The position numbers were made by a program, and so were the translations under genes. Positions 1 to 9,044 of a DNA stretch of 64,000 bases are shown here, in pieces. The notes beneath the pieces are model-generated. The model searched no databases, was not told where the DNA came from, and worked only from the letters and a program-made list of their open reading frames with translations. Origin of the DNA: an uncultured delta proteobacterium (GTDB lineage Bacteria > Desulfobacterota > BSN033 > UBA1163). The stretch spans positions 1,777-65,776 of the forward strand of contig CAVTZZ010000036.1 of NCBI GenBank assembly GCA_963739325.1, read 5' to 3'. Every line of letters starts with the position of its first letter. Position 1 is the stretch's first letter.

Positions 1-1
1 G

Positions 2-160
2 CACCTCCTCTCGGATGAAAGAGCACGGAAGGAGGTGGGAGAAAAAGGCTATCAATTTCTTCAGAAGCATCGAGGGGCAACCGAAAGGATGTTTGAGGAG
101 ATCAGACCGTTCCTCACTCAATTGCGGAATGCAGAATGCGGATTGCGGAATAGAGAGTAA
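2..160 (+). CDS. 3' end of a WaaA/KdtA-like Kdo transferase gene (partial; 5' end lies outside the window)
   Basis: The frame is open from the window edge: HLLSDERARKEVGEKGYQFLQKHRGATERMFEEIRPFLTQL..., stop TAA 158-160. It resembles a KdtA C-terminus and sits directly upstream of lpxK, its usual neighbour. Only 52 codons are visible. Confidence 0.4.
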   Translation, partial: HLLSDERARKEVGEKGYQFLQKHRGATERMFEEIRPFLTQLRNAECGLRNRE

Positions 161-255
161 TGGATTCGGATCTTTGAATAAGCTCAAAGTTCCTGCTGCA
201 GGGGCTGAAAGCTGAAAGTAAAAACTCTTTGAGCTTTGAGCTTGACGCTTTGAGC
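124..255. repeat. Stuttered intergenic repeat/hairpin locus 1
   Basis: GCGGAAT-GCAGAAT-GCGGATT-GCGGAAT (124-151). Then GCTCAAA (182-188), GCTGAAA x2 (204-217) opposed to TTTGAGC-TTTGAGC-TTGACGC-TTTGAGC (228-255). Confidence 0.7.
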
Positions 256-280
256 TAAGAAATGAGCTATTTTTTAACAT

Positions 281-1349
281 ATGCGAATTGACCGATTCCT
301 ATATCAAAAAGAAAAATCCTTCTGGATAAAGGTGCTTCTCTTCCCACTTTACATTCTCTCTTTTCCTTACGGAGGAGTGGTTCGGGCAAGAGGCCTTTTC
401 TATACTCTCGGTCTCAAGAGGCCTAAACGTCTCTCCTGTCCAGTCATCAGTGTGGGTAACATCACCGTAGGAGGGACTGGGAAAACCCCTTTAGTGATGG
501 CCTTAGCAAAGGGGTTGACGGAAAGGAAAATTCCAGTAGCCATTCTGAGCAGAGGGTATAAGGGAAAGAAGTCTTCTGGATCATTGGTGAGCGATGGCCA
601 GACTGTCTCTTCTCTCACCGGAGGAGTCAGGTGATGAACCTTTTCTGATGGCCAACTCCCTTAAAGGCATTCCTGTGTTCATCGGGAAAGACCGTTTCGT
701 CACTGGTCAGATGGCTCTTCAACGATTCAGTGTTCGTGGACTGCTCCTGGACGATGGTTATCAGCATCTGCAACTTTATCGAGATTTAAATATCCTGCTC
801 ATCGACTCACACATGGGTTTTGGAGACCGTCATCTTCTTCCGAGAGGTATCCTGAGGGAACCCTTGTCTCATCTTCGCAGGGCCCATCTCTTCCTCCTCA
901 CCAAAGTGGAAGATCCTGAGGAATGCCAATCTCTGGAAGCAAAACTCCGCGAGATCCATCCTTCATCACCCATTTTTCATAGCCATTATGAACCATTAGG
1001 TCTGATGGGTCCCCTGGGGGAATGGGAGCAACTTCATTCCCTCAAGGGGAAGAAGGTGCTCGTCTTTTCCGGAATCGCTAACCCTAACTACTTTTCATCC
1101 CTATTGAAGAAATGCGGGATGGAGATCGTAAAAGAAGTCATCTTCCCGGATCATCATCTTTATACCCCCAACGATTTAGCTTCTCTCGAAAAGCAAGGAA
1201 GAGGAACGGATGGGTTTGTTACGACGGAGAAGGATATGGTAAAATTAACGAGATTCGATATCCATCATCTTCCTATTCGAGCCCTTCGCATCGAAGTAAG
1301 AATATGGAAGGAAGAAGAATTTTATCAAAGGGTGATGGAAATATTTTGA
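281..1349 (+). CDS. lpxK: Tetraacyldisaccharide 4'-kinase LpxK, reading frame broken by a +1 shift near 605-635 (pseudogene or assembly indel)
   Basis: ORF 281-634 carries the LpxK P-loop [12 protein letters not shown] and ILSRGYKGK...[11 protein letters not shown] 594-1349, in the +1 frame, continues with [16 protein letters not shown]..., the expected next LpxK block. Together they make a normal-length (~355 aa) LpxK. Confidence 0.85.
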
Positions 1350-1387
1350 GTTATGAGTTAAGAATGACCTGAAGGAGAATTAAGAGG

Positions 1388-2914
1388 ATGAGTGAACTCG
1401 TTAAAATCTTTGATACGACTCTACGGGATGGGGAACAATCTCCAGGGGCGACGATGAATGTGGCCGAAAAGGTGAGGATCGCCCAGCAGTTGGAAAAGCT
1501 TAATGTGGATATTATTGAGGCAGGTTTTCCAATTTCTTCAGAGGGGGATTTTGAGGCTGTCAAGGTCATCTCTCAAACAATCAAGCGGTCAGAAGTAGCT
1601 GCTCTGGCCAGGGCAAATCCTCAAGATATTGATCGAGCCTGGGAAGCGATCAAAGAAGCAAAGTTTCCTAGAATCCATACTTTTATTTCTACCTCCGACA
1701 TCCATCTTAAATACCAATTGAAAAAATCGAAAGAGGAGGTCATCAAAATTGCTACCCAGTCTGTAGAGAGGGCAAGGCGTTATACGCCCAATATCGAATT
1801 TTCAGCCATGGATGCCACACGAAGTGATGTTCGATTTCTCTCTCGAGTGATCGAAGCAGCCATCCAAGCAGGAGCAAACACCATCAATATCCCTGACACA
1901 GTGGGTTACGCCATCCCTTCAGAATTCGGAAAACTTATCCAGACCCTTCGGCAGCAAGTGAAGAGAATCGAAAAAGTAATCCTAAGCGTCCACTGCCATA
2001 ATGATTTAGGATTGGCCGTTGCAAACTCTCTTTCTGCGGTCGAAAATGGTGCCAGACAGGTAGAGTGCACAGTCAATGGAATTGGTGAGAGGGCAGGTAA
2101 TGCTTCGCTCGAAGAAGTCGTGATGGCTATTCGGACACGAAAGGATCTGTTCCAGTTTCAAACACGACTCAACCCGAAGCACATCTTTTCCACAAGTCGA
2201 TTGGTTTCCAAAATCACCGGTATGTTGGTCCAGCCCAATAAAGCGATCGTGGGTGCCAATGCCTTTGCCCATGAATCTGGAATTCATCAGGACGGAATTC
2301 TAAAAGAGAAACTGACCTACGAAATCATGACTCCTGAATCGGTTGGAATCCCGAAAACTTCTCTTGTCTTAGGGAAACTCTCTGGCCGACATGCTTTCCG
2401 AGATCGGTTAAAGGATTTGGGATATTCGCTTTCTGATGAGGACTTGGAAAAAGCCTTTAATCGATTTAAACAGCTGGCGGATAAAAAACGCGACATCTAT
2501 GATGAGGATATCGAGTCGATCGTGGTGGAGGAAATCCTCCGGATGCCTAAGCGGTTTAAATTGGACTATCTCAATGTTATTACTGGAAATATCACCGTGC
2601 CGACGGCTACCGTCAAGATGGAAGTGGATGGAAAACTCATTCAAGAGGCTGGTTTTGGCGATGGACCTGTAGATGCTGTCTTCAAGACGATCAAAAAGAT
2701 TACCCGCACAAGATCAAAACTCTTGCAGTTTGCCATTAACGCCATCACCGGCGGAACAGAGGCGCAAGGTGAGGTAACCGTCAGACTGGAGGAGAAGGGA
2801 CAGACGGTCATCGGTCAAGGCGCGGACACCGATGTGATCGTAGCCAGTGCCAAGGCTTATATCAATGCCCTCAATAAGATGGAATTCAAAAAGCAGAAAT
2901 TAGTGGGAATGTAA
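1388..2914 (+). CDS. leuA: 2-isopropylmalate synthase (LeuA/CimA family)
   Basis: 508-aa ORF starting MSELVKIFDTTLRDGEQSPG (HMGL-like TIM barrel), with HCHNDLGLAVANS and a C-terminal LeuA dimerisation/regulatory domain. It lies next to leuCD. Confidence 0.92.
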   Translation: MSELVKIFDTTLRDGEQSPGATMNVAEKVRIAQQLEKLNVDIIEAGFPISSEGDFEAVKVISQTIKRSEVAALARANPQDIDRAWEAIKEAKFPRIHTFISTSDIHLKYQLKKSKEEVIKIATQSVERARRYTPNIEFSAMDATRSDVRFLSRVIEAAIQAGANTINIPDTVGYAIPSEFGKLIQTLRQQVKRIEKVILSVHCHNDLGLAVANSLSAVENGARQVECTVNGIGERAGNASLEEVVMAIRTRKDLFQFQTRLNPKHIFSTSRLVSKITGMLVQPNKAIVGANAFAHESGIHQDGILKEKLTYEIMTPESVGIPKTSLVLGKLSGRHAFRDRLKDLGYSLSDEDLEKAFNRFKQLADKKRDIYDEDIESIVVEEILRMPKRFKLDYLNVITGNITVPTATVKMEVDGKLIQEAGFGDGPVDAVFKTIKKITRTRSKLLQFAINAITGGTEAQGEVTVRLEEKGQTVIGQGADTDVIVASAKAYINALNKMEFKKQKLVGM

Positions 2915-2923
2915 CGCATTCGC

Positions 2924-3000
2924 AGGTTGAGGTTCAGGTTTAGGTTAAGAGGAAGATCAAAATCTTATTTCTTTCTTAACCTTAGCCTCAGCCGTAACCT
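2924..3000. repeat. Stuttered hairpin locus 2 (leuA-leuC spacer)
   Basis: AGGTTG-AGGTTC-AGGTTT-AGGTTA (2924-2947) opposed to TAACCT-TAGCCT-CAGCCG-TAACCT (2977-3000). Confidence 0.75.
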
Positions 3001-3039
3001 TTTGTGCAATGTAGACAGTATATGAAGAAAAAGAATCCA

Positions 3040-4311
3040 ATGACGATTACTGAAAAGATCCTCTCGGCCCATGCAGGTAAGAAGCACGTTTCTCCTGGCG
3101 ACCTCATTGACGCTCGGGTCGATCTGGCCCTCGGCAATGATATTACCGCGCCGCTTGCCATTCAGGCCTTTGAGGAGATGGGCGCAAAAAAAGTATTCAA
3201 TCGGAATCGTGTCGTCTTGGTCCCTGATCACTTTACACCTGCTAAGGACATCCTTTCTGCAGAACAATGTAAAATTCTCAGGAATTTTGCGAAGACCTAT
3301 CGCATCACCCATTATTTTGAAATTGGAGAATGTGGGATCGAACATGCCCTTCTCCCCGAGAAAGGGTTGGTTCTGCCGGGCGATGTGGTGATTGGGGCAG
3401 ACAGTCATACATGTACCTATGGTGCCCTTGGGGCCTTTTCAACCGGAGTAGGCAGCACAGACCTCGGGGCAGTCATGGCCACAGGGAGGCTCTGGTTTAA
3501 GGTTCCGGAGAGCATCAAGTTCATCTTTTATGGAAAGCTCAATCCCTGGGTCTCTGGAAAGGATCTCATTCTCTTCACGATCGGGCAGATCGGGGTGGAT
3601 GGAGCCCTCTATCAAGCAATGGAATTCTCTGGAGAGACGATCAGGACGTTGCCCATGGAGGGTCGATTCACAATGGCCAATATGGCGATTGAAGCCGGAG
3701 GAAAGAGTGGCATTTTTGAACCCGATCGAATCACCCTTCACTACATAAAGAAGAGGGCCAAGAGACCCTATAAGCTTTACTACAGTGATCCTGATGCTAA
3801 ATACAGAGAGGTGTATGAATATGATGCGTCGAAGATCTACCCACAGGTTTCACTTCCTCACATCCCTTCCAATACCAAAGATGTGAGGAAGGTTGGGAAG
3901 ATCGAGATTGATCAAGTCGTCATTGGCTCCTGTACCAATGGCCGTCTTGAAGACCTCCGCGTGGCAGCAAAGATTTTAAAAGGGAAAAAGATCGCCCCTT
4001 CGTTGCGACTCATTATCATCCCTGCCACTCAAGAGATTTATCGTCAGTCTTTGAAGGAAGGGCTCTTCGAAATATTTCTTTCAGCAGGCGCTGTCATCAG
4101 TCCGCCTACCTGCGGTCCCTGTCTTGGAGGACATATGGGCGTTTTGGCAGAAGGGGAGAAGTCATTGGCCACAACCAACCGCAATTTTCGCGGAAGGATG
4201 GGCCATGCCCAGAGCGAGGTCTATCTCGCTAGCCCCGCGGTAGCCGCAGCCAGTGCAGTCAAAGGAAGAATCTGCCATCCGGAAGAAGTGGTTAAGAAAA
4301 CCAGTCATTGA
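3040..4311 (+). CDS. leuC: 3-isopropylmalate dehydratase large subunit (aconitase family, short LeuC/HacA type)
   Basis: [13 protein letters not shown]..., [22 protein letters not shown] and CGPCLGGH (aconitase Fe-S ligand motifs). The start is placed at the third in-frame ATG, where homology begins; the ORF opens at 3004. Confidence 0.9.
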   Translation: MTITEKILSAHAGKKHVSPGDLIDARVDLALGNDITAPLAIQAFEEMGAKKVFNRNRVVLVPDHFTPAKDILSAEQCKILRNFAKTYRITHYFEIGECGIEHALLPEKGLVLPGDVVIGADSHTCTYGALGAFSTGVGSTDLGAVMATGRLWFKVPESIKFIFYGKLNPWVSGKDLILFTIGQIGVDGALYQAMEFSGETIRTLPMEGRFTMANMAIEAGGKSGIFEPDRITLHYIKKRAKRPYKLYYSDPDAKYREVYEYDASKIYPQVSLPHIPSNTKDVRKVGKIEIDQVVIGSCTNGRLEDLRVAAKILKGKKIAPSLRLIIIPATQEIYRQSLKEGLFEIFLSAGAVISPPTCGPCLGGHMGVLAEGEKSLATTNRNFRGRMGHAQSEVYLASPAVAAASAVKGRICHPEEVVKKTSH

Positions 4312-4336
4312 GTCATTGGATTATTGAGTTATTAGG
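4303..4336. repeat. Stuttered tandem repeat locus 3 (leuC stop to leuD RBS), no inverted partner
   Basis: GTCATTGA-GTCATTGG-ATTATTGA-GTTATTAG. The same word occurs at 16299-16330 and 58651-58680. Confidence 0.7.
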
Positions 4337-4361
4337 AGACTAAAACAGAACGGTAAAAAAC

Positions 4362-4865
4362 ATGAAGATCGAAGGAAGAATCTGGAAATTTGGATCTGAT
4401 ATCGATACGGATGCGATCATTCCCGCTCGTTACCTCAATCAGTCAGATGCAAAGGAACTGGCCAAACATGCGATGGAGGATGAAAGACCAGAGTTTCCAA
4501 AAGCAGTAAGAAAAGGAGATATTCTATTGGCCAGAAAGAATTTCGGCTGTGGTTCCTCCCGGGAACATGCACCCCTTGCCCTAAAGTCGGCCGGAATCTC
4601 CTGCATCATCGCAAAAAGTTTTGCTCGAATCTTCTATCGAAACGGGCTCAATCTCGGTCTTCCTCTTCTCGAATCCCCAGAAGCTTCGGAGGCTATCCAG
4701 GAAGGGGATCGGGTTCGAGTGAATCTTACGATGGGTGAGATCTTTGACATCACGCAAAAGAGAAAGTTTTTTGCAAAACCCATCCCAGCTTTTATGCAAG
4801 ATTTAATCAGGGATGGGGGCTTGATCCGCCATCTTCGGAAAAAAGGACAAAAAGGGAAGAGGTAA
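4362..4865 (+). CDS. leuD: 3-isopropylmalate dehydratase small subunit
   Basis: 167 aa with IWKFGSDIDTDAIIPARYL and NFGCGSSREHAP (aconitase swivel domain). It directly follows leuC. Confidence 0.9.
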   Translation: MKIEGRIWKFGSDIDTDAIIPARYLNQSDAKELAKHAMEDERPEFPKAVRKGDILLARKNFGCGSSREHAPLALKSAGISCIIAKSFARIFYRNGLNLGLPLLESPEASEAIQEGDRVRVNLTMGEIFDITQKRKFFAKPIPAFMQDLIRDGGLIRHLRKKGQKGKR

Positions 4866-5014
4866 ATTAAGATTTTCAGAAAACCACTCTTCCCTAATTA
4901 AAATGTTTTCCCAACCATTCTGAATCTTGCCCTGTTAAATATTAATTTTCGTAGTTTTCCTCGAGATTTGATCAAAAACTCCTCCGCTACCCCCTTTTTT
5001 TCCGTCTTGACATT

Positions 5015-5043
5015 TATATATAAAACATATATTTTTATATATA
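5015..5043. promoter_or_regulatory. Perfect 11-bp inverted repeat (TATATATAAAA-N7-TTTTATATATA) overlapping the vapBC promoter; putative VapB operator
   Basis: TTGACA at 5007-5012, the palindrome at 5015-5025/5033-5043, AAGGAG at 5044-5049, ATG at 5059. Type II TA operons are typically autoregulated at such palindromes. Confidence 0.45.
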
Positions 5044-5058
5044 AAGGAGAAACCGGGT

Positions 5059-5298
5059 ATGAGAACATTAGTAGATATCAATGAAAATGTTTTAAGAGAA
5101 GCCATGGAAGTGTCAGAAGCGACCACTAAAAAAGAGACGATTACACTGGCCTTGGAAGAACTTATCAAATCGAGGCTTCGGCAGAAATTAAAAGGTATGG
5201 CTGGAAGTGGAATCATAGAAACAAGGCTTTCTGAATTAAAAAGGCTTCGTAAGAGGCGAGAAAAAGGTCACAAGAGTCTTCGGACCGCAAAAAACTGA
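5059..5298 (+). CDS. vapB: Type II antitoxin, VapB-like
   Basis: 79 aa starting MRTLVDINENVLREAMEVSEATTKKETITLALEELI (typical VapB-family N-terminus). Its stop overlaps the start of the PIN toxin gene by 1 nt (TGATG). Confidence 0.75.
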   Translation: MRTLVDINENVLREAMEVSEATTKKETITLALEELIKSRLRQKLKGMAGSGIIETRLSELKRLRKRREKGHKSLRTAKN

Positions 5299-5696
5299 TG
5301 GATGACCTCGTCTTGATCGATACCAGTGGATGGATATGCTTCTTCTCCCGTCGAGGGTTCGAAGAGATTAAAAAGACTATATCCACTCTTCTTGATGAAG
5401 ACAGGGCTGCAATAGCAGGTCCTATCCTTGTTGAACTCATTCAGGGAACCCGAACCGAAAAAGAAAAAGAGAGCATCATGAGATATATAAGAGGTATTCA
5501 TTGGCTTTCAGTATCCGACGACCACTGGCACAAGGCAGCCGAGATGGCTTTCGATCTAAGAAGGAAAGGCATTACAAGTTCTGCCATCGATACCCTGATC
5601 GCTACATTGGCTATCGAATATCGCTGCATTCTGTTGCACAAAGATTCCCACTTTGAACTGATCGCACAAAATTCTTCATTGAAGTGTTATCAATAG
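5298..5696 (+). CDS. vapC: PIN-domain ribonuclease toxin VapC
   Basis: 132 aa with an N-terminal LIDTSGWI (first PIN acidic residue), later acidic residues, and the size and position typical of VapC. Confidence 0.82.
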   Translation: MDDLVLIDTSGWICFFSRRGFEEIKKTISTLLDEDRAAIAGPILVELIQGTRTEKEKESIMRYIRGIHWLSVSDDHWHKAAEMAFDLRRKGITSSAIDTLIATLAIEYRCILLHKDSHFELIAQNSSLKCYQ

Positions 5697-5827
5697 AAAC
5701 TTTTTCGCATTGGGAATATGGTAATTTTGTCTCCTTGGATTCAAACTTATTACCAATGTCCATTTATACGTGCTGGAACAAGTTCAAGATGACAAGAATT
5801 GAGACTTTACCGTATGGATGAAGAATA

Positions 5828-6994
5828 ATGGAAAGACTCTTTGCTGTCTGTGCTCCAGGACTGGAGCAATTCACCGCACTGGAACTTGATCAGTTAGGCC
5901 TGATTGGCAACCACTCCCCTTCCCAGTCAGAAAATTTTCTAACAGAAAGTGTGCCTCAATATGAATATGGGGGCATAGAATTTCAAGGCTCCCTTCATGA
6001 CGTCTATCGGGCCAATCTCTTTCTCCACACTGCAAGCCGCGTGTTAGTCCGGCTTGGCGAGTTTTACGCCTCCGCATTTCCTGAGTTCCGGCGGAAGGCG
6101 AGTCATCTGCTTTGGGGAAATTATCTTGTACTGGAACGACCGATTGCATTACGGGTTACCTGCCAAAAATCACGTTTGTATCACGAGGGCGCTGTAGCCG
6201 AACGGATAGCAGGGGCGATTGCCGACAGGCTGGGGAAGCCTCCATCCATTCAGAAAGTCCACGAAGACTTGGGCACAGAACTTCCCCAGTTGATCGTTGT
6301 ACGGTTAGTGGATAATCTCTGTACCATCAGCATTGATTCCTCCGGAGCGCTTCTTCACAGGCGAGGTTATCGGCTTGCCACAACGAAGGCACCTCTCAGG
6401 GAAACCCTTGCATCTGCAATGGTGATGGCTTCCGGATGGGATACAATCTCCCCCTTTCTTGATCCATTTTGCGGCTCAGGGACCATTCCTATTGAAGCGG
6501 CACTATTGGCCAGAAGGGTTCCGGCAGGTTATACCCGGCGCTTTGCATTTATGGATTGGCCTAATTTCGATTCCAAGCTCTGGGATAAGTTGCTGGCTGA
6601 TGCTGGTAAGGCGATCGTATCAGACATCCCAAAAATTATTGCCTCAGACAGGGATGCAGGGGCAATCCAGGCCTCACAAGCCAATGCAGAGCGGGCAGGT
6701 GTGGCAGATTGCATTGAGTTTTCAGGAAAAGCTATCTCTGCAATAGACCCTCCCCCTAGTCCTGGCTGGGTGGTGACTAATCCGCCCTATGGGGTACGAT
6801 TGAGTAAAACGAACGATTTGCGAAATTTGTACGCGCAACTTGGCAAAGTCCTCCGTACCAAATGCCCCGGCTGGCATGTGACCATGATCTGTGACAGTAT
6901 TCAGCTTATTCGCAGTACTGGGTTGGAGTTCGATAAGGGAATATCCATAATGAACGGCGGATTGAAGGTGAGGTTGGTAAGGTGTTTGGTTTAA
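5828..6994 (+). CDS. THUMP-domain class I SAM-dependent RNA (or N6-adenine) methyltransferase, RlmL/COG0116-like
   Basis: 388 aa. The N-terminal THUMP-like region is followed by FLDPFCGSGTIPIEAA (SAM motif I) and VVTNPPYG (motif IV). Confidence 0.8.
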   Translation: MERLFAVCAPGLEQFTALELDQLGLIGNHSPSQSENFLTESVPQYEYGGIEFQGSLHDVYRANLFLHTASRVLVRLGEFYASAFPEFRRKASHLLWGNYLVLERPIALRVTCQKSRLYHEGAVAERIAGAIADRLGKPPSIQKVHEDLGTELPQLIVVRLVDNLCTISIDSSGALLHRRGYRLATTKAPLRETLASAMVMASGWDTISPFLDPFCGSGTIPIEAALLARRVPAGYTRRFAFMDWPNFDSKLWDKLLADAGKAIVSDIPKIIASDRDAGAIQASQANAERAGVADCIEFSGKAISAIDPPPSPGWVVTNPPYGVRLSKTNDLRNLYAQLGKVLRTKCPGWHVTMICDSIQLIRSTGLEFDKGISIMNGGLKVRLVRCLV

Positions 6995-7031
6995 TCTTCC
7001 TTAACTTCTCGATCATCGCCCTGAGATGCTA

Positions 7032-7060
7032 GTGTAATGTTACAGTAATATCTTTACAAC
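7032..7060. repeat. IS630 left terminal inverted repeat
   Basis: GTGTAATGTTACAGTAATATCTTTACAAC compared with the reverse complement of the right end, GTGTAGTGTTACAGTAACGGCTTTACAAC. Confidence 0.85.
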
Positions 7061-7076
7061 TATCGAGTTTCGTGTT

Positions 7077-8172
7077 ATGCATGGGTTCATGTGGAACCCA
7101 GCCGAAAAATTGTCCATAACGGAAGAGGAGCTCAAGACCCTGAAAGCCTGGGTTACGGCCAAAACTAGTCCCCAACGGACCGTTTTGCGTGCGCGCATCT
7201 GCCTGTTGGCTGCGGAGGGTTTGCCCAACAGGGCCATTGCCAAAGCCTTGAAGACCAGTCGTCCGACAGTTGTGCAATGGCGCAAGCGGTTTGAAGAACG
7301 AGGCTCGCAGGGGCTGGCAGAAGATGCCCCCCACGGCCTGAGTTCCCGCGCCCTGCCCGCTGATAAGGTCAAGGCGATTGTGGAGGCTACTTTGCATACG
7401 ACGCCTCCTGATGCGACTCACTGGTCTACGCGGACGATGGCCGAAGCCATGGGCGTCAGCAACGCCACAGTCTCTCGGATTTGGGATGCGCACGGGCTGC
7501 AACCGCACCGCGTGGAAGGGTTTAAGCTTTCGAAGGATAAACGGTTTGTGGAAAAGTTGACGGACGTGGTGGGGGTATACCTGAACCCACCGGACAAGGC
7601 CGTCGTTCTGTGCGTGGATGAGAAATCGCAGGTGCAGGCTCTGGACCGGACGCAGCCCGGATTGCCGATGAAGAAAGGGCGTTGTGGGACGATGACGCAC
7701 GATTACAAACGCAACGGGACCACTTGCCTGTTTGCGGCATTGAATGTGCTGGAGGGGAAGGTCATCGGCTCTTGTTATCCACGGCATCGGAACATCGAAT
7801 TCCGAAAAATTTCTGCGACAGATCGACCGTGAAACCCCCAAAGACTTGGCCATCCATATGGTTCTGGACAACTACGGCACGCACAATCACCCCAAGGTCA
7901 GGGCATGGTTGCAAAAGCATCCCCGCTTTCATTGCCACTTCACCCCGACTTCCTCCTCGTGGCTGAATCTCGTTGAACGGTGGTTTGGGGAGATCACTCG
8001 TAAACGTATTCGGCGTGGTGTGTTCAGAAGTGTATCGGATCTGGTGTCTGCCATTGAAGAGTTTATCCGAGTGAACAACGCAAATCCAAAACCATTCGTG
8101 TGGACGAAAAACGTGGACGCAATCTTGGAAAAGGTCGCACGTTGTAAAGCCGTTACTGTAACACTACACTAG
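7077..8172 (+). CDS. IS630-family DDE transposase, encoded in two overlapping frames (7077-7832 and 7744-8172) joined by a +1 shift at an A5 run (7805-7809)
   Basis: The N-terminal HTH region, CVDEKSQ (first D), MVLDNYGTHNHPKV (second D) and SSWLNLVERWFGE (E) are all present. Skipping one A gives RHRNIEFRKFLRQIDRETPKD, which fits the family pattern RHR..EF..FL..ID. Confidence 0.88.
8141..8169. repeat. IS630 right terminal inverted repeat
   Basis: GTTGTAAAGCCGTTACTGTAACACTACAC followed by TA-G. Confidence 0.85.
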
Positions 8173-8333
8173 TGCGGTGTCTCAATAACGGCTTTACAAT
8201 AATCTGAGACCTGTCATTCCCGCCCCGTATCAAGTACGGGGTAAACTCCAGCGGGAATCCAGATTGAAAAGACTGGATTCCAGATCAAGTCCGGAATGAC
8301 AAAATGGGCAAATTCATTTCTGAGAAAGCACAC
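8172..8333. mobile_element. MITE-like element with IS630-type ends, directly abutting the IS and sharing its TA
   Basis: 8172-8200 matches the IS terminal repeat at 23/29 positions in left-end orientation. The far end, ...TTTCTGAGAAAGCACAC-TA-G (8333-8336), is a weaker right end (about 16/29). There is no ORF. The interior (8213-8300) folds as a closing stem GTCATTCC/GGAATGAC enclosing two hairpins: ATTCCCGC[CCCCGTA-TCAAG-TACGGGG]...GCGGGAAT and GGAATCCAG-N10-CTGGATTCC. Confidence 0.55.
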
Positions 8334-8436
8334 TAGAGCCATGCCATTGTTTTCTAATGATATCTTTAAAAAAGAAACTTAAAGATTCTTCATTTCCTGG
8401 ACTGACCCCTTTTCCTTTTCCCCATTAATTATTATT

Positions 8437-8739
8437 TTATTCAACTTTCAACTCAAGCCCGTCTTCAAATACAGGAACTCTGTCCAATAATTCCCTGAGA
8501 ACCGGGCGTATATAGATCTGGTCGAGGTCAAAATGTTTTACCGCCATTACCAAGGTCTTAATCCTATCCTTTACTGTTGCCTTAGAATTGATTATTAACA
8601 CATATTCTCCTTTTAACAGGCACAGCCCTCCGACCACATTTATTGAGTCCTCATCTTGCTTGATAGCTTCATAGCGGATTTGTATGCCAAATCTTTCAGC
8701 TAATTCTTCAAGATGATCAATGATGGTTCCTTCATCCAT
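8437..8739 (-). CDS. Hypothetical small protein (100 aa)
   Basis: Clean ORF with coding-like composition. I recognise no motif. Confidence 0.45.
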   Translation of the reverse strand: MDEGTIIDHLEELAERFGIQIRYEAIKQDEDSINVVGGLCLLKGEYVLIINSKATVKDRIKTLVMAVKHFDLDQIYIRPVLRELLDRVPVFEDGLELKVE

Positions 8740-8953
8740 ACCGTGTTCCTCAGAGACTAAACCTAACGCGGTATTTAGTCAATGGAAACATCCATAAAGT
8801 TATAAATTATTTAAATTTCGAGTCTCTGTTCCTTTGCTAATTTCTTTCCGCTCCTGACCGCAATGCTCACCGCCGACTACGGAGAGATGTTATCTTAAGA
8901 ACAGTAAAATGGAAAGCCTATTCAAATCATGTCTGTTTTTTTAAAATCCCTCC

Positions 8954-8982
8954 TTGACAATATCTCCTTTTTCTTCTATTAA
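8954..8982 (+). promoter_or_regulatory. Putative sigma70-type promoter upstream of asd
   Basis: TTGACA (8954-8959), a 17-nt spacer, TATTAA (8977-8982). Confidence 0.4.
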
Positions 8983-9010
8983 TAAAATGAATACGAGGGA
9001 GTATCTCGGG

Positions 9011-9044
9011 ACGGGGATGTCTTAAAAGATGTCCCCGTTTGTTT
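9011..9044 (+). terminator. Terminator-like hairpin plus U-tract inside the asd 5' leader (possible attenuator)
   Basis: ACGGGGATGTCTT / AAGATGTCCCCGT gives an ~11-13 bp stem including two G-U pairs. It is followed by TTTGTTT and ends about 17 nt before the asd start codon. Confidence 0.4.

Larger units (their letters stand above)
7032..8169 (+). mobile_element. IS630-family insertion sequence (1138 bp) inserted in a CTAG site with TA duplication
   Basis: 29-bp imperfect terminal inverted repeats match at 25/29 positions. TA lies at 7030-7031 and 8170-8171, and the flanks reconstitute C-TA-G, the classical IS630 target. The element carries a DDE transposase and is visibly much more GC-rich than the flanks (about 65% in a sampled 60-nt stretch). 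Confidence 0.9.

Noticed and set aside
15-215. 66-aa ORF at the window start
   Set aside because: It overlaps the out-of-frame waaA-like 3' end and then runs through the stuttered repeat (GCGGAAT units). There is no RBS and the peptide is low-complexity. I treat it as spurious.
7029-7871. 280-aa minus-strand ORF inside the IS630 element
   Set aside because: It is antisense to a transposase frame with clear DDE and HTH motifs. The Arg/Pro-rich composition is typical of antisense reading of GC-rich coding DNA.
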